This document shows positions 38,401-50,400 of a stretch of 64,000 nucleotides of DNA, in pieces. The notes under the pieces were generated by a model. That model saw nothing but the letters and a program-made list of their open reading frames with translations, had not been told where the DNA came from and searched no databases. This DNA comes from Neophaeotheca triangularis (Eukaryota): NCBI GenBank assembly GCA_054600435.1, contig BAAIJX010000009.1:372001-436000 (forward strand), given 5' to 3'. How positions within the stretch are numbered: position 1 is the first letter of the stretch; each line of letters starts with the position of its first letter. The translations under genes and the position numbers were made by a program.

Positions 38401-41400
38401 CAGTAGGTTCGCCAGCATCCGCTCGAGGCTCTGCCGGCTTTGCTTCATTCGACAGAGTCGGCGGTTCGCTACCGTTTGAAGCTACGTTTTGTTGCTGCTC
38501 AGAAATGGTGTTTTCCGGGACATTAGGGGTGACTTCCTCCATACCGAAAGCAGCACGCTTCGCCTTCTTCTTCGCCTTCTTGTCTTTCTTTGAGGTAGAA
38601 GCCGACCAGAAATCTTCCTGTTCCTCTTCTTGGGCTGGTTGCTCGGGTGGGATGTCTTCGCCATTCGCAGTCTCTGCTGGCTTGTTTTCTGGCGCTTCTT
38701 GGAGGCTGTCCGCAATCAGCACATCAACTGACGCGGGAGGCGCCTGCACCAGGTCCTTCGGCTCTTCGGGGATAGTAGCAGAGGCTTCTTCGTCCTGAGA
38801 CTGCGAACGTTCATTCTCTTCAAAGGCGGCCTGTCTAGCCTTCTTTCCCTTCTTGCCTTTCTTCTTGGAAGCAGGCTGGTCCCAGAAGTCTTCGGAAGGC
38901 TCGGCTGATTGTTCGAGATATTCTGCCGGAGCCTGAGAGGGTTCCTCGGCTTGCTGAGGCTGACTTGGGTCAAGTGGCTCTTGAGGGTCCACTGTAGGAA
39001 CGTCCTGGTCTTCAGATCGTGATGCTCCTTCGTCTTCAAACGCAGCTTGCTTGGCTTTTTTGCCCTTTTTGCCCTTCTTCTTGGAAGAAAGCTGGTCCCA
39101 GAAATCGTCCGACGGCTCGGCTGGTTGCTCACTTGGGTGAGGTGGTTCGTCGGCTTGCCCTGGTTTGTCTGTATCGACAGGCTCTTCAGGCGCGGCAGGG
39201 GAATGTGGTTCCTCAGGTGGGGTTACGTCCTCTTCTCCTAATCCAGCTTGCTTAGCCTTCTTTCCTTTCTTGCCCTTCTTCTTGGGGACAGGCATATCCC
39301 AGAAACTCTCAGATGGCTCGGCTGGTTGCTCGGCTGGTTGCTCGGTTGATTGGGATTCCGTCGGGGGCTGAACAGTATCCTCGGCCGTTTCTTGACTGTG
39401 CGACTCAGGCTGCGCATCTACAGGCTCATCGCTTTGGCAAATTTCTGCCTCTGCAGTCTTCGAAGTGTCATCCTCATCCTGAGCAGCCTGTTTCCCCTTC
39501 TTACCCTTCTTGCCTTTTTTCTTGGAAGGCAAGGGTCCCCAGAAGTCGCCAGGCTCATCTGGCTTGCCAGCTTCCTCTGGCTGATCAGTGTCGTCCGGCT
39601 TGCTCGCCTCGGGATTTTTCACAGAACCAAGGTCAGTGTCGCCGAGCGGCACGGTCCCCTCTTCTTTCGATTCGAGGCCTTCTCCCAATTGATTCTCCAT
39701 CTCAAAAGCTTTGTCCTCACCGAGGAATGGGCTATTGAAAGAGCTAGACTCCTCAACGCCCTCTTTCGCTTTCTTGCCTTTCTTGCCCTTCTTCTTCGTG
39801 CTCGAGGAACTCCATAAAGCATCGAAATCGGGCTCTTCAGCGGCGGACTCAGCATTTGGAGCGGACTCAGCGGCCAACTCTGGCTCTCGACCTGCGTCTT
39901 CGCCGGCGGCCTGGGCCTCGGAAGTGCTGGGCTCCGAAGCGACGTCCTTCGATTTCTTCCCTTTCTTGCCCTTCTTCTTTGTGCTCGTTGGTGCCCAGAA
40001 AGCGTCAGGGTCAGGCTCTTCGGCTACGGGTTCGGCGTTGGGCTCTTGCTGTGCTTGACCGGACTGTTCGGTAATTTCTGGCTTCGGGTCGGAAGGCTCT
40101 TGTAGGGTATAGGGGACCTGTTCTTCTCCGGAGGCAACAGTCTCCCGGGGCACAGCACCGACTGCATCGTTCTCAACGAGTGACTGGCCCTTGCTCTCCT
40201 CGGCTACCTCTCCTTGAGGGCCTTGTTCGTTCTCCGCAAAGCTTGTTGACAGCCCTTTCTTGCCTTTCTTACCCTTTTTGCTCTTCTTAGAGCTGGTAGA
40301 GAAAGCCCAGTCATCGGCAGGCGGAGGGTCTTGGGCGGGCTCCTCGTTATTGAGCTCAATCCCTTCCGCCGAGGCTGGGGTAGGCTCGATGAGGTCGCGC
40401 GCGACCTCGTCTGACTCTGTAGGCCTGAGTTCTTCACCAGCAGGCTCGGTGACATCTGCGCGCGCGGTTTCGTGTTGAGCAGCGTCTGCAAGTGGGTACT
40501 GGTCGCCAGTTTGCGGTTCGGGTTCGGATACCACAGGCTCGGGACCCGCAGCAGGCTGCCGCATATTGTCGCTCACGGCCCTGTCTGCCTCTTTTACGTC
40601 GCTAGTAACCGGCGGGGGCTCAGATGCAGGGACGATGGGGGTATCATGTGGGTTGTCCGCTGCAGTTTCTTGCTGGCTCGTCGGATCCTCCAACCTCTGA
40701 TCTTGAGTTAAAGGTGCAAGAACATCCTCCACAGGCTCCGACTGGACGTTGCTAACTTCTCGATGCTCGTGGACATTTCCGGTCTCTTGCGCGCGAGTAT
40801 CGGGTTCTTCAACAAGGTCGCGATTTGCCTGTGGGTGTTCAATAGACTTATCCTCGACGGGAATGTCAGAAGATTCTACATTCTGAGACGCTTCATCGAA
40901 GGGCTCAATCGTTGCCTCAGCAGTCTGCGGCGGTGGTGTTGCCGGCGGCGCCGTTGCTTTCTCCGTCTTCTTACCTCCCGACCACCAGGAGGAGAACCAA
41001 GACCGCGCACCTCCGGCCGGCTGAGTGGCATCCTTACTGGTCTCCGATTGCGGCTGGAGGATAGGTTCAGGAACGGCTGCGGCAACGACAACTTGTTCAT
41101 CGTCAGGCGTTGGCGCCTGGGTCGCACCTTTACTGGAAACTTCTGGGACTACGGCTGTTTCTTCTACCGGAGCGTCCTTGGGCATTCCTGCATTGTCCTT
41201 GGCCAAGCTTGAACTGGAAAAACCATCCTGGGTGGGAGAGTGGAACTCGTCCGCGGAGAGCTCCATGTCCCTGGCTTCAGCAGAAATCTCTCCGTCCTTG
41301 CTCTCCTGATTCGCTTCGGCAGTAACCTCTTCACCTTTGCCCTCCTGGCCAACTTCAGCAGCACCTTCTTCAACATTAGCAGCGGTTGCATTTTCACCTA

Positions 41401-44400
41401 TCTGCTTCGCGCTCTCATCAATCGCACTTGACTCGCTCTCCGGCTCAGCAAAAGTATCCAGCTTTTTCTTCTTCTTATCTTTCTTAGCTTTCTTCGAAGA
41501 AGGGAAAGCAGCAGTCCATTCATCAGCGGGCTCATCCTCTGCCACCACTGCTAGGGCTTGTTGGCTTTGATCTTCAGTCTCGGTGGCAAGAGCTTCTCCG
41601 TCCATCGGCTGACTTTCGGCCACAGGTTCGGATTGTAGAGAAGTTTCTGCGGGCTCATCGATAGAAGGCAGAGCATCTTTTCTGCGCTCGGTGTCTTTGC
41701 TGTCTGGTGGCGTGCTGTCTTCCATTACCGGCGTTTCTTCAAGCCCTGGCCCCTCACCAGCCTCTCCGCCGGCGTCATGGGGCGACTGACTATCTTGCTC
41801 CCCGCTAGGAAGGGACGAGGCGCCCGAACCTTCAGATTTGCTTCCAGATTTGCTCTTCTGCTTCTTCTTGCCCTTCTTATTTGGCGTGCGAGCGAAAAGC
41901 GCCGAAGGCACGGAAGACACTTGGGTCTGGCTGTCGTCTTGCACGGCCTCGCCACCTACGGACGGCCCATTGGGAGGCTCTCCGGGTTCTTTGCCACTAG
42001 CTGCGTCGTCTCGCGTAGAAGGCTCGATGAACGCATCGCCGACGGAATCTTGCTTCCCCTTTTTCTTCTTCTTGTAGCCGTCAAGAGCAGGTTTAGCAGG
42101 GGCAAACCAGTCGTCGACAGCACCCTCAGCGTCGTTAGCTTCGATCTGTCTCTGCTCCTCGGTGGTAAGCGCAGCAGCAGGATCCGCTGCCGAAATAGTT
42201 GTAGTGCCCAAGGCAGGCTCTTTGCCCTTCTTCCCCTTCTTACCGCCCTTCTTCGAAGAACTTGCTCTCGACAGCGTCGGGCGCTCAGGTTCCTGCGTCG
42301 ATCTTGTTGAGGCATCGGGCTCCGCTGACCGTGTGGCGTCGTTTTCGGCATCATCGTCGGCTCCAAAAATTCCCGAGACGTCTTCTCGGTCTCGATCTCG
42401 AGACTCGCTCTCTTCGTCTGTAGATCGCGACGCAAGCCCGGCAGCAGCGGCGCCCACAAGCGCACCAGCAGCCGCGGCGCCACCAACATCTCTCTTACGA
42501 GAATGGTGCTCAACACCCAGCGACTCAGTCGGACTAGCAGGAACAGCGCCGCCAACGCTCTCCCATTCAGCCGCCTTATCAGCCTTTTTGCCTCTTGAGT
42601 GGTGCTCGACATCCATCGAGCCCGTGGGACTAGAAGGCGGGATCCTAGCACCATCCCACGAGACACCAGGCTCCATGCCCTGCTCCTTGGCCAGATCATC
42701 CCAGGTCCAGTACTGCGGCTCCTGGCGCGGGCCCTTTGGCTGGTCTTTACCCTGCTCCGCTAGAGCAGTGATGGGATCACCCGCCTCGACGGCTTTAGGA
42801 GTGGCTTGTTGCGACCCTAGCACGTCCTCGTTGAGATCGATAGCATTGGCACGGCTGGTATCGATGCTAAGCGGTTCGCCTCGCGTGGACATTTCCGGGG
42901 AGGACGGCTGGTCTTCGAAGGCGGATTGCCAGTCCTCGCTGCCTTGCACGCTCGATGTGCGGCTCGAAGGCTTGCTGGAAGGCAGGCTAGGCAGGGTCTC
43001 GGGGGTTTCCTGTTGCTGTTGCTGGTCGGTGGGTTTGCGGTTGCGCTCGACAAGGTACAGAGGGCGGATTTCCTGGGAATGCCGGAACTCGGTGGAGCGG
43101 GGGCGGTGTGTGCGTTGTTCTTTCGTAACCGAGCTTGGCGAGGTTGGAGTACCAGATGTAGGATCTGCTGGACCGTGGAAACTGGCGGATCTAGCAGACT
43201 TTGTCTGCGTGCTTGGTGAGTGTGGGAAGGTGCGGAAACGTAGAGGCACTGCTGTTGAAGAGGCCGGGCGAGCGGGCTGCAACGAAGGTCGCAATGGTGT
43301 TTCAGGAGTGATTGCTGTCGGCGACCCAGGCCTGGATGAAGGCAAAGCGGGTAAAGCAGTAGTGTCGACTTCCCTTGGTGCTCCTGTACTCTCATCACCA
43401 GCTTCAATTTCACGACTCTCCCCAACATGGCCCTCAATGGCGCGGTCAACCTTCTCTCCCTCGCCAAACTCGGTAGCAGAGCCAGGGTTGCCGACACCCT
43501 GCTCTTTCTCCATCTCCTCATCGGCTACCAAGCTAGGCGTAGCGGGTGCGCTGGGGGGTAGAGGCGGCAAATCATCTTCCTCTACCCGCATCCCTAAAAA
43601 AGATTGGTCCTCACCATTCTCACCAGACCGATGTCTGCGATGATGTCTCGCCCTGCCTTCAGAAGCCACACTCGGGCTGCGGGTATCGTAATAGTCATCA
43701 CCGGACTTGCTGCGGCGCGACACGGGCTCGGTAGCCGCGCTGCGCGTATCGTCGTAGTCGTCCGCAGCCTCGCCTGACTGGTGGCGTCTGTGGTGACGGC
43801 GCTCACGACTTTCCTCGCCGCCTTCGTCGCGAGAACTACGGTGTCTTGAGCGAGAGCCAGAGGCGGTGCTACGAGTGTCGTCGTCGCCATATTCCGAACC
43901 GCTTCTATGCTTCTTCTTGCGGTGCTTGCGCTCTTCCTCAGGTTCATCTGCTTTAGCGATGCTTTCAGACGACTTGTTACGACTAAACAGGCCGAACAAG
44001 CCACCTTTCTTTTCCTTCTTGGCGCTAGATGGCGACTCGTCCTTCTCCCGTCTAGATCGCGAGGAAACGGAAGCAGTATCATCGTCCTCGTATTTCGAGC
44101 GGCGGCGCCTTTCCTTCCTCCCACTCTCGTAATCCGCAGGCTCCGAAGCGGCAACGGAGCGAGTATCATCATATGCGCCTCCCTCTTCAGGGTAATCATC
44201 ATCACGACGAGAGCGGCTGCGGCTGCTCTTAGACCTGCGCCTTTCAGAGTCACCCGTAGGTGCTGAAACAGCTGATTGCGCGCCTGCAGGAGACATGGCG
44301 CGAGGGCTGTCAGTAATACCGTGGTCATTAAATTGATCTTGGGAGCCGACGTAGTCATCGAAAGCGACTTCGCTGCGCAGAGGCGAGCTAGCGGCAGGTT

Positions 44401-47400
44401 CATTAAACCTCTCGCTGTCGCGCTTCTTCTTGCCCTTCTTGCTCTTCTTGGTGGGTTCGGCAAGCTCAGCCCAGGGGTCGCTTTCTCTGGAGCCGGAGTC
44501 GCCGTTGGCCTGCCCGGGAGACGTCGAATCCCCAGACTGTTCGTTAGGTGGAGACTGGTTCCACTCGCCGGGCATACCATGGGGAGTCTCGATTGAAGGC
44601 GAAGGTTCAGAAGGCTCATCTTGGGCTTCTGACGCCATGCTCGCAGCTTTCTGTTGCTCTTTTTCCCGCTTCTTCTTTTCTTTCTTACTGAGCGGAGGCT
44701 CCCACGCATCTTCTTGCGCTGGTGGCTGAGACTGCTCAGGCTCGAAAGAAGGGTCCTCCCTCTCAGCAGCAACGGACGACGACTCACCAAAGTCATCGAA
44801 TCCTGCGCTCTTGGCAGCCTTCTCCCGTTTCTTCTTCTCTTTCTTGCTAAGAGGAGGCTCCCAAGCACTGTCGCCACCGGGACCTTCATTCCGCTCCTCG
44901 CGGGGCGTCTCTGGTAGGGGAAAGTCTTCCGCCAGCGTTTGCGGCTCAGAAGCAGCAGGCTCATCGAAAAAACCCTGCTTAGCGGCTTTCTCTCGCTTCT
45001 TCTTGTCTTTCTTGCTGAGAGGCGGTCCCCAAGCAGCTTCGGCACCTGCGCCAGCCTGTTCTTCACCTGGCGTTTCACGTGGGGTATCTGGTAGAGGGAA
45101 GTTCTCAGCTGGAGTCTGCGGCTCAGAAAGCACAGCTTCGTCGAAGCCACCCTGCTTAGCGGCCTTCTCCCGCTTTTTCCTGTCCTTCTTGCTAAGAGGT
45201 GGCTCCCATGCGCCTTCAACCTGGCCATGTTCTTGCTGCCCTTCTAACGGGAATTCGCGTTGGGTGTCATAGGGAGCGGCTTGCTCAGCTGGCGTCTGCG
45301 GCTCAGAAAGCACAGCCTCGTCAAAACCGCCTTGCTTCGCGGCCTTCTCACGCTTCTTCTTCTCCTTCTTGCTAAGGGGGGGTTCCCAAGCGCCTTCGAC
45401 CTCGCCGTTTTCCTGCTGCCCTTCCAATGGGAATTCTCGTGGAGTCTGGTCAGGAGTGACTTCCTCGACAGGAGTCTGCGCTCCAGAAGCCGGCGACTCG
45501 GCGAAATCGTCAAATTGCTGGACGCCCTTCTTTTTCTTCTTCTTGTCCTTTTTGCTTCCGCCGGTAGTGGGAAAATAGTCATCCGTAGCAGTTTGTTGGC
45601 CCTCCTCAGCCGGGACATTCGGCGGTTGTTGCCTGTCTTCTTCATCACCGTGCCACTGCGAAGCCAGTCCAGCAGCAGCCGCACCCGCTACAGCGCCGAG
45701 AGCCGCAACACCGGCAGCGCCCGAGGAAGAATCCTCAGGCAACGGTGAGGCATCAAAACTCTCGCCACGCTTAGCAGCCTTCTCGCGCTTCTTCTTATCC
45801 TTCTTGCTAAGAGGAGGCTCCCAAGCGCTTTCCACTTCGGGCTCAGGTTCGAACGAGGCTGCGCCCTCTTGGCTCATGATCGGCGTCTCGTCGGTCAGAG
45901 CCGCTTCTGCTTCAGCCTGTTTGATCTCCTTCTCCCGCTTCTTCCGCTCCTTCTTCGACAGCTTGGATAAATACTCTTCCGGTTGCTGGGCTTGCGTTCT
46001 CGTAGCCACAGTATCAGGATCCTCTTCGAACCCACCCGGGATATGCATCTCCCTCTCAGCAGCAGGCGTGGGCTCAGCCGTCTCGCCTTCCACATAACCA
46101 CGAACAGGTGGCGCACCCTCTGTCCCGGGTGAATTGACGGCAAACCCCAAATCCGAGACCGTTTGCGCAAATGGCTGCTGGTAGAAGCTCCCTGACCTGG
46201 CACCATAGCTCTCTTCATCACGAGCATTACGCGACATATCCTGCTCGTCATATCGCGCGCCCTTGGCCTCCCCGTCCAAAGGCCTCTGCTCAGGAACCCC
46301 ACCAGGCCCTGCCATGTAGTCCTCGCGCTCCGCATGCGAGTCCGGCGTGCGCACCTCATACTCATGCATCTGGTCTGCCCCCCAGCTGACACTGCGACCA
46401 GACGAACTGGGCCTCGAAGCGGCGCCAGAACGCGAGTCTTCGGCTTCCACAAGCGGGCTAGGGGGCGCAGATCTACCTCCAGTGGAGCCAGCAGTACTCA
46501 TGGGGGGCGTAGGGGCAATGACATTGAGCAATGGAACTCCAGTAAAGCGCTCCTCCTGTTGCAGCTGCTTCTTGCCCTTCTTCTTGCCTTTGCCCTTACT
46601 GGTTGCAGCGAAACCGCCATTGTCGAAGATCTCCCTCTCAGCCCTATCGCCAGCCCCGACATCGTCGCCCACGTGCCAAACTTGGACGTCTTGATTATCT
46701 CCCAGCGCGTCCGCGACTCTAGTCTTGCCTTCGGAGGGCTGCGAGAGTACGTCTTTGGGGTAAAAGAAGTCAGCTTGCGATTGCGAGGGTTCGCGGTAGC
46801 GGCTTTCCATGTCTTGAACGACCTGGTCCGAGGCTTTGGCGTAGCGGGACAGCTCAGAGGGACTGCGCGAACGCTTGAAGAAGTCTGGGTCGTAGATATC
46901 GTCGTCTTTGAGAGGTTCGCCGGAGCGCTCGCTGGCAGGCGTGATCTCGCGGGCTGGAGGTGATGGGTGATCGTCGTCTCGATTCCGCATAGCTCCTGCA
47001 ATGGCTGCGCCGCCTGCTGCGGCCGCGACCGCTGCGCCAGCGGCACCAGCTGTGCGTTTCCAAGTCCCAGAGGAGGAATCGCGTCGATCGTCTCCCTCGC
47101 GTTGCCGCGAGCGTTGCCGATCAAAGTCGCGCTCACTCTGCTCCCGTTCCCTTTCCTCCCTCTCTTTCTGCTGGCGCTCAACCTCAGCACGCTCCTGGTC
47201 TTCCCGCTCCCTCTGCTGCCGCGCCTGGAACTCCCTCTCTAACTGCGCCCGAGCCTCGGCTTCACGGGCCCGTCGAACTTCGTGATCCCCCTTCTCCCTC
47301 TCCGCTTTCGCATATTCTTCTCTTTCCCTCTTTTCCCTCTCAGCCTTTTCTAATCGCCTTTTCTCGCGCTCCTCCTCTTGAGCAACCCTATCTGCTTCTT

Positions 47401-50400
47401 CCTCGAGCGCCCTTCTGCGGTCCTCTTTTCTCCTCTCCTCGGCTCTCCTTTTCTGGTCCCTGCCCTCTTGCTCGTCGGTGAGCCCGAAGCGCACGTTGCC
47501 GGGGCTACGCCTCTCGCGCTCGGCAGAGGCGCCAGCGAGAGCACTGGCAGTGGCAAGACCCGCGCCGCTAGCCAAGGCAGCTTCAGTCCATTTACTATCG
47601 TAGACGGGACTGGACTGGGTGCGTCGAGGCATGGGTCGGGAAGGGTCGCGTGAAGATGGGGAGGGTTGTACGAGATTTGAAGGTATTGGGGTGATGGGTT
47701 GGGGATGCTGGATGGGCGAGGGACCTGGACGTGCTATGATGGGTGGGTCTTCCACAAAGGAACCAGGCATAGGAGCTTGGCGCGAGCCTGTCTGGCTACC
47801 AGAGGCTTCTGAAAGAGGGCGTGGGTCGATGTGTTGCAGCGGTTGAGTCGGCTGGGCGGAGTTGGTCGAAAACACGCTTTCTGTGGGTGCATAATTTGCT
47901 TTTGGCGCAATCCTCTGAGGTGTAGGCTGCACCGGTGCCCCGTCGTAGCCAGAAGGCCCGGGGATGAAGTTGTCGCCTGGTCTTGGTGGATAAGCCGGTG
48001 CCGACTCGATCTTCCTCTGCTTTTTCTTGTCTTTCTTGCCGCCCCATCGCCAGCCCCAAGCGCTCAGCCCGCCGCCGCCGCCAGACGACTGCGAATTGAG
48101 GCTTTCCATACTTTGGCGGCCCTTTAGTTTTCTGTCATCACCACCAAATGCAAGCCCAGATCCCTCACTAGAGGCATCGTCCACGTCACTCGGTAGCTCG
48201 TCTTCCCATTCATCGTCGGAAGAATCTTGACGTGACACGCGTCGTCCTTGCTGACCGCGCATAGCCTGCCGACTGGGTCGTTTGGAGATACGACCATTCT
48301 TTTTGTGTTGAGCGGCCGCGAGCGCTGCAGCCGTGGCACCAATACCCGCCACAGTCGCGTTGAGACGATCATCAGAAGACTTACGGCCGGCCTTTTTCTG
48401 CGTCGGCAAGCTCGTCCGGCTGGCGTTCTTGCTGCTGCCTACAGTCGAGTCGAAAGCTAAGCCGGAGTCAGAAGAAGACGCTGAACCATTACCGAAATTG
48501 AAGAATCCACTCTTGCGCTCCTTGCGACGAGGGGCTTGCTGAAAGTTGCCTTGAGAGGAGGCGTAGTAGCCTCCAGGTACATTGCCGGAAAGAGCAGAGG
48601 AAGCATTGCCTCGAGCACCACTGTACCTCGTGCTCGGAGAAGCTCGTCGCTCAGCACGACGCTTAGCCTTGCGATCGGTAAAGCCGAAAATATCAGCTAG
48701 ACCGGGATTGTGGATGCTGCCGCTGCTGTCACTCGAGCTGCTGCTGGGACGATGCGGGCGGACAAAAGCACCTTGAGATTGCTCTTGACCTCTGTCACTC
48801 GTTGTCCCGGCCGAAAGCGCTCCGGCACCGAGCGCAGCGCCGCCGAATCTAGCGCCAAAACCATGTCGCTCTCGAGAAGAGCTCCGCTGGTACTTTCTGC
48901 TGTCCATGACCCCATCCCGCCTCGTCGAACCTGTGTACTCTCTTCCATCCGAACGGCGGACAGAACCATACTGGCCTCTGCTCCTCCTCTCCCTTGAGGA
49001 GCTGCGGCTCCTCCTGGCAGCAGAGCTAGCCCGATGGCCAGACTTGACACTGTAAGTATCGTCAAAGTCCTTGCGGTCATTGAACATAGCGTTCGCCGCT
49101 AGACCCGCACCTGCAGCCGCCAGACCCGCACCTGCGAGACCAGTCTTGCTAAACTTCTTGCTCCTACGCTCGTCGTCCGACGAAGAAGCCGAAGAGCCAT
49201 ACGCGTAGCGGCTGTTCTTGTCTACCCTGCGGCTTCCGTGACGGCGCAGACTGTCTCCGGAGGTTTGACGACGCAGGCGGTCGTTGCTACCACGGCGCTG
49301 TCCGTAGAGATGCCGACGTGGTCCTTGTGAAGGGGAGGAGTTGGGATCGAAGCAGTATTTGCAGACGCCGATGTATTCTGTGTACTCCTCCATCTTACGC
49401 ACGTCATCCGGTGAGGAAACGAGATTGAGGAGTCCGTCCCTCAGGCGGCTGATTGGGCCGCGGTGTTCGTGTTGGTGGTGGTCGGGCTGGTGCAATTGCG
49501 GCATGTTGCCATTTGCGTATGGTGGCCTCGAAGCATATTGTGAAGCGCTGCCGTATTGCGAGCCGGCGGCTGTGGTGGAGTAATGGCTGTTTTGGTATTG
49601 AGACGCGCCGCCGTACTGAGATCCACCGAATGTGGTTGGAAATTGACTGCCTTGGTACTGGGAAGGGCCCTGGTTCATTTGGTGCGCTGCTAGGCCCGCT
49701 GCCCCTGCTGCTGCTGCACCCGCTGCGTACATTGGCATGTTAGAGTGTTGTTCTTGGGAAGGGTACTTACTGGTATGTCGGCCAGAGATCTCTGGTGGTG
49801 GCGCGTAGTAACCTCCGTTGGATGCTGCGGCTGGTTCTGAATTGTGGCGCATCGGTCGAGGAGGCGCGTAGCTAGGCAGTGAAGCAGGTGGCGCAACTGA
49901 AGAGGCTGGCACCGTGGATGGTGGCATCGAAGAGACGGTGGATGGTGAATAGTATGATGCCGCTTCACCTGTCATGGGCACTGTTGGTGCACGCTGCGAT
50001 GATCGCTCTTCCTCCTTGGCAGAAGACTTCGACGCTGGACGCATCCATCCACGGCTCGTCTTGGTCTTAGGGTCACCATCTGAACATTTCTTGTCGGACT
50101 TCTTCTTCGATTTCCTGTCGTCCCTATCATCTCCAGCCGGCCCTGCTCTTCCCTCATAGAACTCCGCCGCAGCCCCGTTTCCAGTGTCTTGCGCGGGATT
50201 CGCTTCCACGCTCGCCGTAGTGAGGTGCGGTGTAGCATTGACAAGCATGTTGGGTGTACGCGATCTCACCCCTGGCTGACTCAGCACGCTCTGTCCTTGA
50301 TCTTTATAATAATCCGCGGCAGCACCGAATTTTTCCTCTCTCTTACTCGAGCCGCGATCGTCGCGCGGATCGGGGCCAAAGTCAGACCGCGTATAGGAAG

